DNA from: Mariniphaga sp.
GTDB taxonomy: Bacteria > Bacteroidota > Bacteroidia > Bacteroidales > Prolixibacteraceae
Direction of reading: 5' to 3'
Length of the DNA: 64,000 bases
NCBI GenBank assembly: GCA_041684965.1
Contig: JAWLGR010000017.1
Location: 28,599-92,598, forward strand
Shown: piece after piece, positions 1-10,459 of the stretch
How the letters are laid out: each line of letters starts with the position of its first letter
Position numbering within the stretch: position 1 is the first letter of the stretch
Translations under genes and position numbers: made by a program
The notes under the pieces: generated by a model
What the model was told of the DNA's origin: nothing
Seen by the model: the letters and a program-made list of their open reading frames with translations, nothing else
The model's database searches: none

Positions 1-451
1 CGGCAACTTTTCCCTTCAGAGAATTTACCACGTTAACTTCCCTGGCTTCTGTCAATTGTTCCGATCGAATTTCCTGAACAGAATACCCCAGGGCTTTCCT
101 GTCCCTTCTGATCCCAAGTGCTGTAACAACAACCTCATCCAATGCTTCGGTTGAGGGTTCCAAAGTAACATTGACTACATTAGAGGTGCCAATGTTCACT
201 GCCTGTGTTTCCATACCAATAAACGAGAAAACGAGTGTTCCTGAGCCTGCAGGAACATTAAGGGAAAACTGCCCGTTTGCATTGGTAACTGTGCCCATAG
301 CAGGAGCATCCTGCACAATTACTGTTACTCCCGGCAAGGGCAAACCATCTGTGGCAGAAGTAACAGTACCCGTAACAGTACGCTGCTGAGCAAACGCACT
401 ACCCGCACTAAAGAGGATAAGTGCAAACATAATTAGAAAGAAATTTTTCAT
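1..451 (-). CDS. SusC/RagA-type TonB-dependent receptor, N-terminal part (continues beyond the window edge)
   Basis: The reverse complement reads from an ATG at 449-451 as MKNFFLIMFALILFSAGSAFAQQRTVTGTVTSATDGLPLPGVTVIV...EVVVTALGIRRDRKALGYSVQEI. This is a signal peptide, a carboxypeptidase-regulatory-like domain and the start of the plug. The + strand ORF 171-389 is its antisense shadow. Confidence 0.85.
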   Translation of the reverse strand, partial: MKNFFLIMFALILFSAGSAFAQQRTVTGTVTSATDGLPLPGVTVIVQDAPAMGTVTNANGQFSLNVPAGSGTLVFSFIGMETQAVNIGTSNVVNVTLEPSTEALDEVVVTALGIRRDRKALGYSVQEIRSEQLTEAREVNVVNSLKGKVA

Positions 452-768
452 ACAAATGATAGTTTAAGTTGAAACTCAAAACAGTTATGTTTTGACATCC
501 CAAGATTAATTTTAAAAATTCACACTCTATATTACAACCTATTTACAAATATCAGCAAATATTTCTTTTTAACAAATTTTAAAGAAAAAATAATTAAGAA
601 AAAATTTCATTCGAAAGAAAAACATAAACTCGATATTTACGTTACAAAAGGTTATTACATATGAATTAAACGATTTGACAAGATTTCATTTAATATCGAT
701 TTATAAATCAAAAGGATACGAAACATTTGAAATACACCTCCCTTTAATTCCTTCATGTATAATGCATT

Positions 769-2211
769 TCATCTTCGAACATTGACAGTGCCCAACTGAT
801 ACCATCCATCCGGCATCTTCCCTTCAATTGCCAGATTAATCTTTGGCTCAAGTGTGTATTCATCGAGTAAAGCTATCTGAATATTATACTCCCCATTGGG
901 GGTATCGTTGGGTATAAAGATAGCCTCATCGAAAATAATATCACCCGGCAACCATTCTTTTACGTCAGCACCCGTAAAAAAGATTCTGTTATATCCATCT
1001 TTTTGTAATCGAAAGGCCAGTTTATAATCCTTGTATACAGGAGCCACTCCTTTGTTCTCCCACCAGGAGTTCAAATTTACTTTTTGACCGGGCTTCACCA
1101 CATCCGGCAAAGTGAGCATCCTAAGTACAAACCGGTAACCCATTTTCTTCATGAACTCTTCAAACTGAGGCAGGTACTCTTCAGGAACTGCAGAAGATTT
1201 ACCATTCACAGAAGAAACATGCCACTTTAATGCCTGGTCGAAAATATATTTCACATCGTCAGCAGTATAGCCCTGTGCCTTTTTCCAGCTCGGAAATGTT
1301 CCGCAGATTTCAAATGATACCGGTGCTTTTTTCCATGCATCATTCAACCCATTCTCAACAATTGAGCGAGGATAATAGTCGTACATATGTGTCCATCCGT
1401 TCTGATCTTTAGCCCAAAATCCCAAATCTCCCAAACAGTCGGCCCGGTAACCCACATCCGCTTTTGAAATGGAATAGCTGTTGGAAAACTTGTCAGTCAA
1501 CAACAACTTTACAGGTGTTTTTTTGAATGACTCAAGGTACAAATCCATCAAAGCCATCGACGTTTCAGTCTCCAGCAGGGCGGTTCCTCCTCCCTCACCC
1601 CAGGCTCCCACAATCCTCATGTCCACACTTTCCAATGCAGGATGACCATCGTATCTTTCACCGAAGGTACGTATCAGTTTACCATAATGCTCCAGATAAC
1701 GTGGATCTTCAGGATCAACAAGCCACATATTCACCGGGTTGTTGTGCTTAAAGTTTGTTTCATCACCTACCATTTCCCTGTACCACGGCGGAACATCGTG
1801 CCGGTTGATATTGGACCCATATGGCATCAGACTCAACATCAGTGTCTGACCCCTTTCATGAGCCATTTCCAGCGCCCTGTCAATGATATCCCACCGGTAT
1901 TTTCCCTGTTCGGGTTCAATAAATATCCAGTATATCCTTAAATAAGCAATTGTAGTAAACGGGTAATTCGGATTCCTTAATCTGTTATTCTCATCTGTTA
2001 ACAAGTCATACGGGTACTCATCATAAAAGTCCCCGCAATCATGGATTGCATTTTTAGGATCCCCGTTAAACTGCTGGAATGTAGTAAATCCAATACCCGG
2101 GTTAAAAAGTATGTCATCAATTTCTTTGGGTTTAATTTTCTTTATGTTCTGGGCCATTCCATGATAACCTGTCACAAAAAAAAGAAGCACGAGCAAGCTG
2201 ATTAATTTCAT
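769..2211 (-). CDS. secreted TIM-barrel glycosidase-like protein (GH-A-like, reminiscent of DUF4874/DUF4832 proteins)
   Basis: 480-aa ORF with a signal peptide (MKLISLLVLLFFVTGYHGMAQ). It has the FNPGIGFTTFQQF and IFIEPEQGKYRWDIIDRALEMAHERGQTLML segments typical of GH-A type barrels. The family assignment is from memory only. Confidence 0.4.
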   Translation of the reverse strand: MKLISLLVLLFFVTGYHGMAQNIKKIKPKEIDDILFNPGIGFTTFQQFNGDPKNAIHDCGDFYDEYPYDLLTDENNRLRNPNYPFTTIAYLRIYWIFIEPEQGKYRWDIIDRALEMAHERGQTLMLSLMPYGSNINRHDVPPWYREMVGDETNFKHNNPVNMWLVDPEDPRYLEHYGKLIRTFGERYDGHPALESVDMRIVGAWGEGGGTALLETETSMALMDLYLESFKKTPVKLLLTDKFSNSYSISKADVGYRADCLGDLGFWAKDQNGWTHMYDYYPRSIVENGLNDAWKKAPVSFEICGTFPSWKKAQGYTADDVKYIFDQALKWHVSSVNGKSSAVPEEYLPQFEEFMKKMGYRFVLRMLTLPDVVKPGQKVNLNSWWENKGVAPVYKDYKLAFRLQKDGYNRIFFTGADVKEWLPGDIIFDEAIFIPNDTPNGEYNIQIALLDEYTLEPKINLAIEGKMPDGWYQLGTVNVRR

Positions 2212-2286
2212 TTTTTCTAAATTTTATTTTTAAAAATACCAACTGAAAAATAATTATTTCCATTCATTTTTATAAGTTCTGCAGTT

Positions 2287-4707
2287 TTAAAATTTAATAA
2301 TCTTCTGACTGCTCCGGTTGTATTGATCAAAAACCGATAAAAAATAAGTACCTGAAGGATACCCACTCATATCAATGGTTGTTTCCTTCGCAAAATCGTT
2401 CCTGAATAATTTTTGTCCGTTCATATTTTTAAGTTCAAGGCTTAACAACGATTCAGAATTGGTTGATAAGTAAACGATACCATGGGTAGGGTTAGGCCTG
2501 ACCCATACCTGAAAATTTGCTTTTCCGGGAATGTATGAAGTACCTGTCGGAATTTCAAAATCGACAGTTACCCCGGATCCCCGCATTCCAACCGATACCG
2601 GCAATGAGATATTCTTTTCGTAAGTTTCTCCATTACTTCCAATTGTAACCAGAATGCCGGATTTATTTTGAGACGGATCGGAAACGGAAACAACCGAACC
2701 GTTCTTTAGCATTAATGCACAAGGTTTATCAACCTGAACCGACCGGTTTCCAAAGATTAACGTGCCGGCCTGATGGAAAATTACCTGCAGGATATCAAGC
2801 GACTTATGCAATACGGCCTGAATCTCAGAATTATTTTGAATGATTTCGATATCTGATACATCATAGGCCTGTGCTTTTTCGGGAGAATCAATGCCCGGCA
2901 CAACCACGTAGCTGTAGGTTTCATCTTCAGGATTTATTCCATGGTCGACCCAGAGAGAAAACACATTTCCAGCTACAATATTTGTTGAGCCATTGTTGTT
3001 GATATCACGCCATCTACCGGTTTGCTGCTTCATGGTATACTTAATGTTTTCCTGGTTTGGGAAATAATAGCCTATTTTTCCATTTCGAATGTATTTTAAA
3101 TCAGCACTTGAATATTCCAGTGAACTCATGCTCTGTAGGGTTTCACCCGTTTTCCCCTTTTCCAGAATATAAGATGGTTTTTCCATTTTAGCCTGATTAA
3201 TTGTGGTACGCACCTCAAGCCCACTATTATCGGATATTCCAGCTCCAAGGCAAACAATTTCATCATCAAAAAAGAACCAGCTTTTTTTAGCTTTCGTGGT
3301 CCCTTTATCCTGGTCCAACACAGTTGCTCCGTGCATTCCATCGGAAACACCGCCTACAAACGATGTTTTTCCATAATTCCCCCCCCAGTTTGGGCGTGTA
3401 GGGAATTCCGTTGTGTGAGGGAATGTGCTTCCCGGTATCATCGACCAATCCCAATAGGGCATAATGTTTTTATATTCATTCCCATCAACGGAAATGAAAT
3501 TTGCACCGTAAGAAAAATAATTCGCTTTCAGGTTTTCTCCGTTCCCTGACTCCGCTTCAACAGTGCGTGTAGAAACATTCCTTACCGCAAAAAGATACCC
3601 GCTCCGGGCATGTTGCGTATAATCAGAAGCCCAGTAATGTTTATTAAATTCCCTGACATTATATTCCGGTGGTTTAACTCCACTCATTCTGTCCAGTGCA
3701 TCCTGATAAACAGAATTATTCACCGAATCAATTTTAGAATTTATCAGCGTTTTAAGGTAACCTAAATTGGCATTTAATGCATTGCTGCGACTTATTTCAC
3801 GCCCCATAACACTGAAGTCCCATGAACTTCCCCTGATGGAGGACAATTGTGTTTCCCTGATAAATCCAATTACTTTACTAAAATTCTTGCTATTCACATC
3901 AAAGGCAGCAGGTGTATCTGCCAGATACGAAGCAATTCTTAACAGGCCATTACAGAAAACCTTACCATAACTGGAAATTTGAATCTGTGGCCCATGATCA
4001 AGATAAACTAAATCTTCTCTGATATTGTCGACAAGAATACTCTCCAGCTTATCGCGTGTCATTAACAACAAGTTACAATCACCTGTAATTAATCCCCTGT
4101 AAATGTAATGCTGGGAAATATCAATTGCATTGGCCCCGGTGCTCCATAGTGTGATGTCTTTGATTTCCTGCGGAAAGAATAGGGAAACAATTTTTAATTC
4201 ATCAATCCCTTCTGAAGAACTGTGGGGAATAAAACCTTCATACCCCCTCATAAAGATTAGAATCTCTCCCAGTTTCTGAGGGATATCAATCTGGTTGTAC
4301 CACCAGTTTGGGTCTACCGTGTTGGAACCGTACCAGAATTCAAGTCCTTTTAATACTGCATTTTTATACTGCTCATTGTTATACCTGGAGTGTGAAGGTT
4401 CCGTTGCGGCTGCTGAGATATGCCAAAGCCTGCCGACATGGTCGCCTACAGTACCTGTTCCAATGGATACCGGTAATTTTCCATACGTCACATCGTTCCA
4501 GCTGCCATCCGGATTTTGAGACGAAACCCATTCATCAATAGTGCCTACATAACGTATTCCGGTACGCTGGTCCTTTTGAATTCTGCTCATTATCAATTCA
4601 AGGTCACAAGTCTGGGCATTAACGGACGATGGGAAAAACACCGGCAATGAAAATAATATCAGCAACAGCAATTTCCATCCGGCACTTTCACTTTTAAAAT
4701 TTACCAT
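2287..4707 (-). CDS. polysaccharide lyase family 8-like (chondroitin AC / hyaluronate / xanthan lyase type) with a T9SS C-terminal sorting domain
   Basis: 806 aa with a signal peptide. PL8-like blocks: NWWYNQIDIPQKLGEILIF, YLDHGPQIQISSYGKVF, VMGREISR, NLKANYFSYGANFISVDGNEYKNIMPYWDWSMIPGSTF. The C-terminal ~80 aa (VRPNPTHGIVYL...GTYFLSVFDQYNRSSQKIIKF) looks like a T9SS type A CTD. Confidence 0.75.
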   Translation of the reverse strand: MVNFKSESAGWKLLLLILFSLPVFFPSSVNAQTCDLELIMSRIQKDQRTGIRYVGTIDEWVSSQNPDGSWNDVTYGKLPVSIGTGTVGDHVGRLWHISAAATEPSHSRYNNEQYKNAVLKGLEFWYGSNTVDPNWWYNQIDIPQKLGEILIFMRGYEGFIPHSSSEGIDELKIVSLFFPQEIKDITLWSTGANAIDISQHYIYRGLITGDCNLLLMTRDKLESILVDNIREDLVYLDHGPQIQISSYGKVFCNGLLRIASYLADTPAAFDVNSKNFSKVIGFIRETQLSSIRGSSWDFSVMGREISRSNALNANLGYLKTLINSKIDSVNNSVYQDALDRMSGVKPPEYNVREFNKHYWASDYTQHARSGYLFAVRNVSTRTVEAESGNGENLKANYFSYGANFISVDGNEYKNIMPYWDWSMIPGSTFPHTTEFPTRPNWGGNYGKTSFVGGVSDGMHGATVLDQDKGTTKAKKSWFFFDDEIVCLGAGISDNSGLEVRTTINQAKMEKPSYILEKGKTGETLQSMSSLEYSSADLKYIRNGKIGYYFPNQENIKYTMKQQTGRWRDINNNGSTNIVAGNVFSLWVDHGINPEDETYSYVVVPGIDSPEKAQAYDVSDIEIIQNNSEIQAVLHKSLDILQVIFHQAGTLIFGNRSVQVDKPCALMLKNGSVVSVSDPSQNKSGILVTIGSNGETYEKNISLPVSVGMRGSGVTVDFEIPTGTSYIPGKANFQVWVRPNPTHGIVYLSTNSESLLSLELKNMNGQKLFRNDFAKETTIDMSGYPSGTYFLSVFDQYNRSSQKIIKF

Positions 4708-4717
4708 GATTTATCCT

Positions 4718-7492
4718 TTATAATTGAACATTCAAAATAGTTTTCTTGTCAAGATTCACAGTTTCAGTTTTCTCTGTGCCTCCTTTGGTTACTTTAATGG
4801 TGTAGGGAGTAAAAAACTCTTCCTGATACTGTGATTTTTTTGTCACCTCGAGCTCTTTGCCTTCCGGATTCCATTCCATGGGTCTTATGATGCTTTGAAC
4901 CAAAGGGACAGAAACGGTTCCCTCAGAACCTGAATTTCCTGAAAATACTTCATTTCCTGCTTTGTCGGAAATGGTAACAACAGCCTCTTCAGCTGTATTC
5001 ACCGTCAGAGTCCATTTAACACGATAATCGCTTTGCGATAATGTATTGGTCCAATATACATCATCGTATCTTGCCCCTCCAATAAATTCACAGTCGAGCA
5101 ATCCATGATTGAACAACGAACGGTGGCCATCAAATTCAAAAGTATGGTATTTGGGATGGTCTTCCAGCTTAATAATCCTGCATTCAATAAACTGATGGTT
5201 GCTTCCCTGTCCGTAATCATCTCCAAACCGTACATTACAGATATTGGAAATCAAATCATTGTTTTTATAAAACAGGGGAAGATGTGTTGAGCGGTCATTG
5301 TATGCACCTTGTGTATCCACACAGGCTGCTTTACGCACCTTATCATCCTGGGCCATAATTTTTATGATGGAATTTTTGCAAACAAGGTTTTTAACTGAAT
5401 AATCGGAATAAAACTCTGTTCCTCTCATCTCAACATCACCCCTGCACCTTCCAAGGATTACATTATCTGAATAAGTAAGATTATCCCTTTGCTGACCTCC
5501 ACTGCTGTAATTCGTGAGACGCAATCCGGCAAGTACATCCTGCTCTCCCCAGGTCTCTATCAGCCTTCTGCCCTTGTTCGGTCTTTCAATCATTGTAGTG
5601 ATGCTTTCCATATGAATGAAATTGTGATGAGCATTGAGGTTGGCAGTAGCCCATAATATACCACAGCCATAATATCCGGTCAGAAAGATGTTATTATTGT
5701 ATACCTGTGCATCGCGCTGATGTGGCTGAATAGCAAACGAATTTACCACCCAGCTGTCTACATACACTTCATTATCATAAATATTCTGTGCAATATTCAA
5801 ACCATTTTGCCGGGTACGTTTTATCAGATTGTGATGGATTTGAATCTCATTATTATCATGATTCAGGTCACCGGTTCCAGATCCCACAAATCCCATTGAC
5901 CGGGCCCCTCCGGCGCCATGCCTGCTGAACATTTGGGTTCCCTTATCCAGGCACACATTATGATGGATGTTAAATTTGCCAAAAGCATTTTCAAAACGCA
6001 TCCCCCAGGTCTGGTGCCAACGGTATTCAACAGTTATACCGGCAATTTCAACATCTTCATACCAGGCAAGTTCAATGTTGTTAAATCCTTTTCCCATATT
6101 GTTGTAGAGTATATCTTGCCTTTCCTTCTCCGGATTCAGCATATTTTCTGCAGCATAATAATCTGTATTGTTCTCAGCGCTCCCTTGTTTCAGGATCCCG
6201 TTATAAATTTTTAAACCTGTCTGCTTTTCTCTGCTGCCTTTACGCCTGATTCCAACACCCGACTTTTCCAGTACTGCATGGTTAAGATCCTCAATCAACT
6301 CATTGCCATGAGTAATCGTATGACCTCCAAGATCGAGCGTGATATTATTTGCGCGAATTTCAAATGCAGTGCGATCAGCATTTATATCTTCTGTTACAAT
6401 ATAAACTGCATTCTCCTGATCCAACAAGTAAGGTGGAGAACCTAAATTACCGGGAATATAAACTGCGCCTGAAATGCTTTTCGTGGTAAATGTATAATCT
6501 GGTGATTCTGATACATTCCCGCGCTCATCAAAGGATACCATCCGGTAATGATAAGTTGTGTTGTTTTCCAGTCCTTTCAGATAGTGCAAATGAATATAAA
6601 AATACCTCTCAGGCATTTCTGTCCTTTTCCCATAAGCCGTGGTGGTTCCATATTCAATGTAGCTTTTGGCCGGAAGATTTGTTTTCCATGAAACGGAGGC
6701 TGAACTTTCAGAAATATAATCCCACCTGCTTCCTTCTTTTACTTCCAGCCTGTCTCCAAATGTTTCATACACGAGCGGATCAATTTCAGCCCCGTAATGA
6801 GTTAGGCAAAACTGATTGAACAAATTATAGAGGTCTTCCGAATCAACATTGACTGTTAACTCACCGAACGCTTTCGCTATCGAATCGGCCCGTGCTCTTT
6901 TTAAATCAGAAATTAATCCTTCATAATCGAGATTGATTACACCCCCCTCTATTTTGATACCTCTGCCGGCAACCAGCTGATCCTGCTTGTTGTTCCACAA
7001 AGATACATCTGAATTTGTAATGCCACCGGAAGCTGAAGCTTCAAAAACAGGGTCCTGCTCAGCAACTGTGGTTAAAGAAGTTTCAGCCGTTTTTGCATAA
7101 AGCGCATAAGGCACACTTAATAACTGACTTGTTCCCTCAATGGTGTAGTTTTCATAACCGTTGAGATCCGTTCTGATTTTCAGATAATAAGGACCTTCGC
7201 TCCAGTTAATATCTTTAAAACCTGGCCGCCACCATGATTTGGTTCCTGAACCGATTTCAAAACCGATAACTCCGTTGCCATCGGTAGTGGATTTATGGGT
7301 TTCAGTAAAAACAACCGGCCCATCTTCCGAACCCTGGGAAATACTGACTTCTATACCAACAGTTGAATTTGCGATTAAATGATTATCGTTGTTTCGGATA
7401 ACCGACTGCCATTTGATATTTTGCGGTACCTGCGCCCATATAACCACTGCTAAAAGGAAGGCGGTTAAAGTTGTAATAAATTTCTGCATCAT
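4718..7492 (-). CDS. surface/secreted protein: N-terminal stalk module + FN3-like domain + right-handed parallel beta-helix + C-terminal beta-sandwich
   Basis: 924 aa with a signal peptide. The N-terminal ~190 aa are shared with the ORFs at 51331 and 53456 (KSWWRPGFKDINWS, LLSVPYALYAKTAET, DPVFEASASGGITNSD..WNNKQ). An FN3-like segment follows (SVSWKTNLPAKSYIEYGTTTAYG...TTYHYRMVSFD). Repeated NN/HHN turn motifs are typical of beta-helix proteins. It is a paralog of 58931-61099. Confidence 0.6.
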   Translation of the reverse strand: MMQKFITTLTAFLLAVVIWAQVPQNIKWQSVIRNNDNHLIANSTVGIEVSISQGSEDGPVVFTETHKSTTDGNGVIGFEIGSGTKSWWRPGFKDINWSEGPYYLKIRTDLNGYENYTIEGTSQLLSVPYALYAKTAETSLTTVAEQDPVFEASASGGITNSDVSLWNNKQDQLVAGRGIKIEGGVINLDYEGLISDLKRARADSIAKAFGELTVNVDSEDLYNLFNQFCLTHYGAEIDPLVYETFGDRLEVKEGSRWDYISESSASVSWKTNLPAKSYIEYGTTTAYGKRTEMPERYFYIHLHYLKGLENNTTYHYRMVSFDERGNVSESPDYTFTTKSISGAVYIPGNLGSPPYLLDQENAVYIVTEDINADRTAFEIRANNITLDLGGHTITHGNELIEDLNHAVLEKSGVGIRRKGSREKQTGLKIYNGILKQGSAENNTDYYAAENMLNPEKERQDILYNNMGKGFNNIELAWYEDVEIAGITVEYRWHQTWGMRFENAFGKFNIHHNVCLDKGTQMFSRHGAGGARSMGFVGSGTGDLNHDNNEIQIHHNLIKRTRQNGLNIAQNIYDNEVYVDSWVVNSFAIQPHQRDAQVYNNNIFLTGYYGCGILWATANLNAHHNFIHMESITTMIERPNKGRRLIETWGEQDVLAGLRLTNYSSGGQQRDNLTYSDNVILGRCRGDVEMRGTEFYSDYSVKNLVCKNSIIKIMAQDDKVRKAACVDTQGAYNDRSTHLPLFYKNNDLISNICNVRFGDDYGQGSNHQFIECRIIKLEDHPKYHTFEFDGHRSLFNHGLLDCEFIGGARYDDVYWTNTLSQSDYRVKWTLTVNTAEEAVVTISDKAGNEVFSGNSGSEGTVSVPLVQSIIRPMEWNPEGKELEVTKKSQYQEEFFTPYTIKVTKGGTEKTETVNLDKKTILNVQL

Positions 7493-7519
7493 GTCTTTTT
7501 TCTTTTTTTATTCGCTTAT

Positions 7520-9271
7520 TTAATGTTTGTTTTCAATAACAGGCAATACAATACAGGAGGGATACTTTTCATTGTGAAAAACCACTTGTTCTGCCTTAAC
7601 CATTGATGTTTCGTTTGCGAAACAGGTACCTGTATTCAGGTTTCTGTCGAACCGGGGAAACGAACTGCTTGAAATTTCAACCCTGATTTGATGCCCCGCC
7701 TTAAATAAATTGCTTGTTGCCCACAAATCAATTTCGTATTCATATACTTCGCCCGGGTTGATATTATTTGGCGTTTCACCGGCAATACGATAACTTGCTC
7801 TTATAATCCCTTCACAAAGCCGGATTGCCCTGCCATCGGGATAAACATCAACAAGTTTTGCTGTAAAGTCAGTGTTTATTGCAGAGCTTGAAGCATACAG
7901 AATAACTTTAACAGGTCCTGTAACCTCCAAATCCTCTTTCAATGCCGGGGTAGAATAAACCAGAACATCTTTACGCATTTCTATAGAAGATTGGTCCCAG
8001 GGCCCCATTTCCTCTTTTGAAACTACCGGATTGGCAGGATTGTAAGTAAATTTATCAGCCGGTTCATTTTTTGCTTTTACCAAACTTAGACTGCCATCAC
8101 CATTTAATGTATTGGCATTGCCTCCGCTATGGAAGTAATATTTTTGATAATCTGTCCGGGCCAGTGGCCATTCATTCTCAAAACGCCATTTATTGGCTCC
8201 CATCACAAATATTTTAACCGGTGGTTCTTCCATAATCCCATTATTCATATCTTTTAACTGACTATCGAACCACCGCAGTTGAAATTCTCTGTTATTGAAA
8301 GCTGCATCTTCACCAAAATCGATATCGCCAACCTGTTGCCTGCCCCAATTATGAAGCCATGGGCCAATAAGCAATTTTTGTTTTTTTCGGATTTCAGGAG
8401 CAATATCATCACCTGTCATAAATAAGTAATTATCAATTGTATTTCCAAGAAGAATATCAAACCATCCGCCAATATTGCAGATTGATGCATCAATTTTAAA
8501 ATAGTTGTTTCCTACCTGTGTGGCCTCCCAAAACTTATCACGCACAGGATGTGAAAGCCAGTCACGTAAAAAAGGAATTCTCCAGCCCATTTCTTTATCC
8601 TGTTCAATCAATGGAAGCGATTGGAGAACTTTTTGCATTCTGTTTTGCACAGTATCAGCCGGGATAATGAAAGGTGTTGTCATTTCAATGCTCCAGGGCA
8701 CAAACAATCCAAGCCGGAAGGCCCCGTTTTGATATACTGCACTGTAAAAGTCTGAAAAAGTAACTGCCGGAATCATGGTTTTTAGCAAAGGTTGTTGATA
8801 AGGAGCAGGCATCCATTGTGTGAATCCCACATAGGAGCCACCAGTTGTACCTAATTTCCCATTACACCAGTTTTGCTGACCGACCCAATTCTGCATATCG
8901 CAGCCATCTTCTGTTTCATGCTGCATTGCATAAAATAATCCTTCTGACTCATACCTGCCCCGGGTATCCTGAACAATGTATACATACCCCCGCTGTGCAT
9001 AAAAATGCCCGTCTCTATTTCCTGTCCCTCCGTTACCGTAAGGGCTGCGGATTAATATCACAGGAAAACTACCTGCTGTATCCGGCCGATAAATATTGGT
9101 TGAAAGCCTGATTCCATCACGCATTTCTACTTTTACATCCAACTCCTCAATGACCTTATATACAGGCATTGATTCTCCGGCGGTTAACTTTTCCTGAGCT
9201 GTTAGCCGACCGGCAGTTAAAAGCAGTAATAAAACAGAAAGTAAAAGACTTTGAAATTGAACGCTTTTCAT
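7520..9271 (-). CDS. CocE/NonD family hydrolase (peptidase S15, Xaa-Pro dipeptidyl-peptidase-like)
   Basis: 583 aa with a signal peptide. Motifs: VKVEMRDGIRLSTNIYRPD..FPVILIRSPYG, the nucleophile motif GGSYVGFTQW, and a C-terminal jelly-roll (EISSSSFPRFDRNLNTG). Confidence 0.85.
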   Translation of the reverse strand: MKSVQFQSLLLSVLLLLLTAGRLTAQEKLTAGESMPVYKVIEELDVKVEMRDGIRLSTNIYRPDTAGSFPVILIRSPYGNGGTGNRDGHFYAQRGYVYIVQDTRGRYESEGLFYAMQHETEDGCDMQNWVGQQNWCNGKLGTTGGSYVGFTQWMPAPYQQPLLKTMIPAVTFSDFYSAVYQNGAFRLGLFVPWSIEMTTPFIIPADTVQNRMQKVLQSLPLIEQDKEMGWRIPFLRDWLSHPVRDKFWEATQVGNNYFKIDASICNIGGWFDILLGNTIDNYLFMTGDDIAPEIRKKQKLLIGPWLHNWGRQQVGDIDFGEDAAFNNREFQLRWFDSQLKDMNNGIMEEPPVKIFVMGANKWRFENEWPLARTDYQKYYFHSGGNANTLNGDGSLSLVKAKNEPADKFTYNPANPVVSKEEMGPWDQSSIEMRKDVLVYSTPALKEDLEVTGPVKVILYASSSAINTDFTAKLVDVYPDGRAIRLCEGIIRASYRIAGETPNNINPGEVYEYEIDLWATSNLFKAGHQIRVEISSSSFPRFDRNLNTGTCFANETSMVKAEQVVFHNEKYPSCIVLPVIENKH

Positions 9272-9314
9272 AGCTGCGATTTAAAATTATTTAAGCCTTG
9301 AAAACTCTGTCGTA

Positions 9315-10427
9315 TCAAACTACCTCTTTCTCCATTCCTTCAAGAAAATCATTATCAAAGTCAGCCCCTATTCCAGGTGTATCCGGAAGCACCCATTTTC
9401 CTTTTCCTTTATATTGTATTCCTCCGGTTACCGGATCTTCGGCATGTGCAAAGGAAGAATCGATATCAAAATGGACGATGTTATTTCTGGCCGCAACCAG
9501 GTGTGTTAATGCTGTTAAGGCATAACGGCTTTCCGACATGCAACCTACCTGTGATTTAATTCCTGCTGCTTCACCAACAGCTATAATTTTTAAAGCATTA
9601 TGAATTCCTCCTGTTTTTGACAATTTAATATTGAAGTAATCACATGCCCCCATACTGGCAAGCCTGAAAGCATCTTTATGATCAAATACGGATTCATCGG
9701 CCATAATTGAAATCGGACTGTTATTTCTGACCCTTACAAGATCACGGTTGTTCCAGTGTGGAATTGGCTCTTCACAATGCTCAATATCAAACTTTTCAAG
9801 GGCATTAAGCGTGCGAATGGCTGTAACGGTATCCCATCCCTGGTTGGCGTCTATCCGTATAGGGATATCATATCCTACGGCGTCACGGATTGCTTTAATC
9901 CGGGCAATATCCTCTTTTTCGCCAGTTCCTAATTTCACTTTAATTGCTGGATATCCTTCTTCTTTGTATAATAGTGCTTCTTTAGCCATTTTTTCAGGTG
10001 TACCGAGATAAACAGTCATATCGGTATATATTTCACGGGAATTTCCACCGCCAAATAATTGATACAGCGGCATTTCAGCCTTTTTGGCCAATATGTCATA
10101 CAGTGCCATATCGAATGCACTTTTAATTGTATAATTACCTGCAATTTCCCGATCGATTTCATGCAGCCTGTCTTCTATGGCAAGTGGGTTCCGGCCTATT
10201 AAAACTGAAGCAAGATGTTTGGCTATTTCAAATTCAGATGCCTGTATTTCACCTACTATTTGTCTTAAGGGACTCGCCTCACCAATCCCTGTTAACCCTG
10301 AATCGGTGTGGATTTTAATTAACAGGTTCTCTGTTTTATAAATGGCACCCAACGAAATAAAGACAGGCTCCTTTAATGCAATATTTAATTTTATAACTTC
10401 AATTTTTTCTATGCTGATACGGCTCAT
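9315..10427 (-). CDS. dipeptide epimerase (L-Ala-D/L-Glu epimerase type; enolase superfamily, MLE subgroup)
   Basis: 370 aa with no signal peptide. It has KVKLG (the KxK pair), IRIDANQGW, CEEP and IMADES as metal ligands, and the second catalytic Lys in FNIKLSKTGG. Confidence 0.85.
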   Translation of the reverse strand: MSRISIEKIEVIKLNIALKEPVFISLGAIYKTENLLIKIHTDSGLTGIGEASPLRQIVGEIQASEFEIAKHLASVLIGRNPLAIEDRLHEIDREIAGNYTIKSAFDMALYDILAKKAEMPLYQLFGGGNSREIYTDMTVYLGTPEKMAKEALLYKEEGYPAIKVKLGTGEKEDIARIKAIRDAVGYDIPIRIDANQGWDTVTAIRTLNALEKFDIEHCEEPIPHWNNRDLVRVRNNSPISIMADESVFDHKDAFRLASMGACDYFNIKLSKTGGIHNALKIIAVGEAAGIKSQVGCMSESRYALTALTHLVAARNNIVHFDIDSSFAHAEDPVTGGIQYKGKGKWVLPDTPGIGADFDNDFLEGMEKEVV

Positions 10428-10459
10428 TTTAATTGATTTTTAGTATTATATTTATTTCA

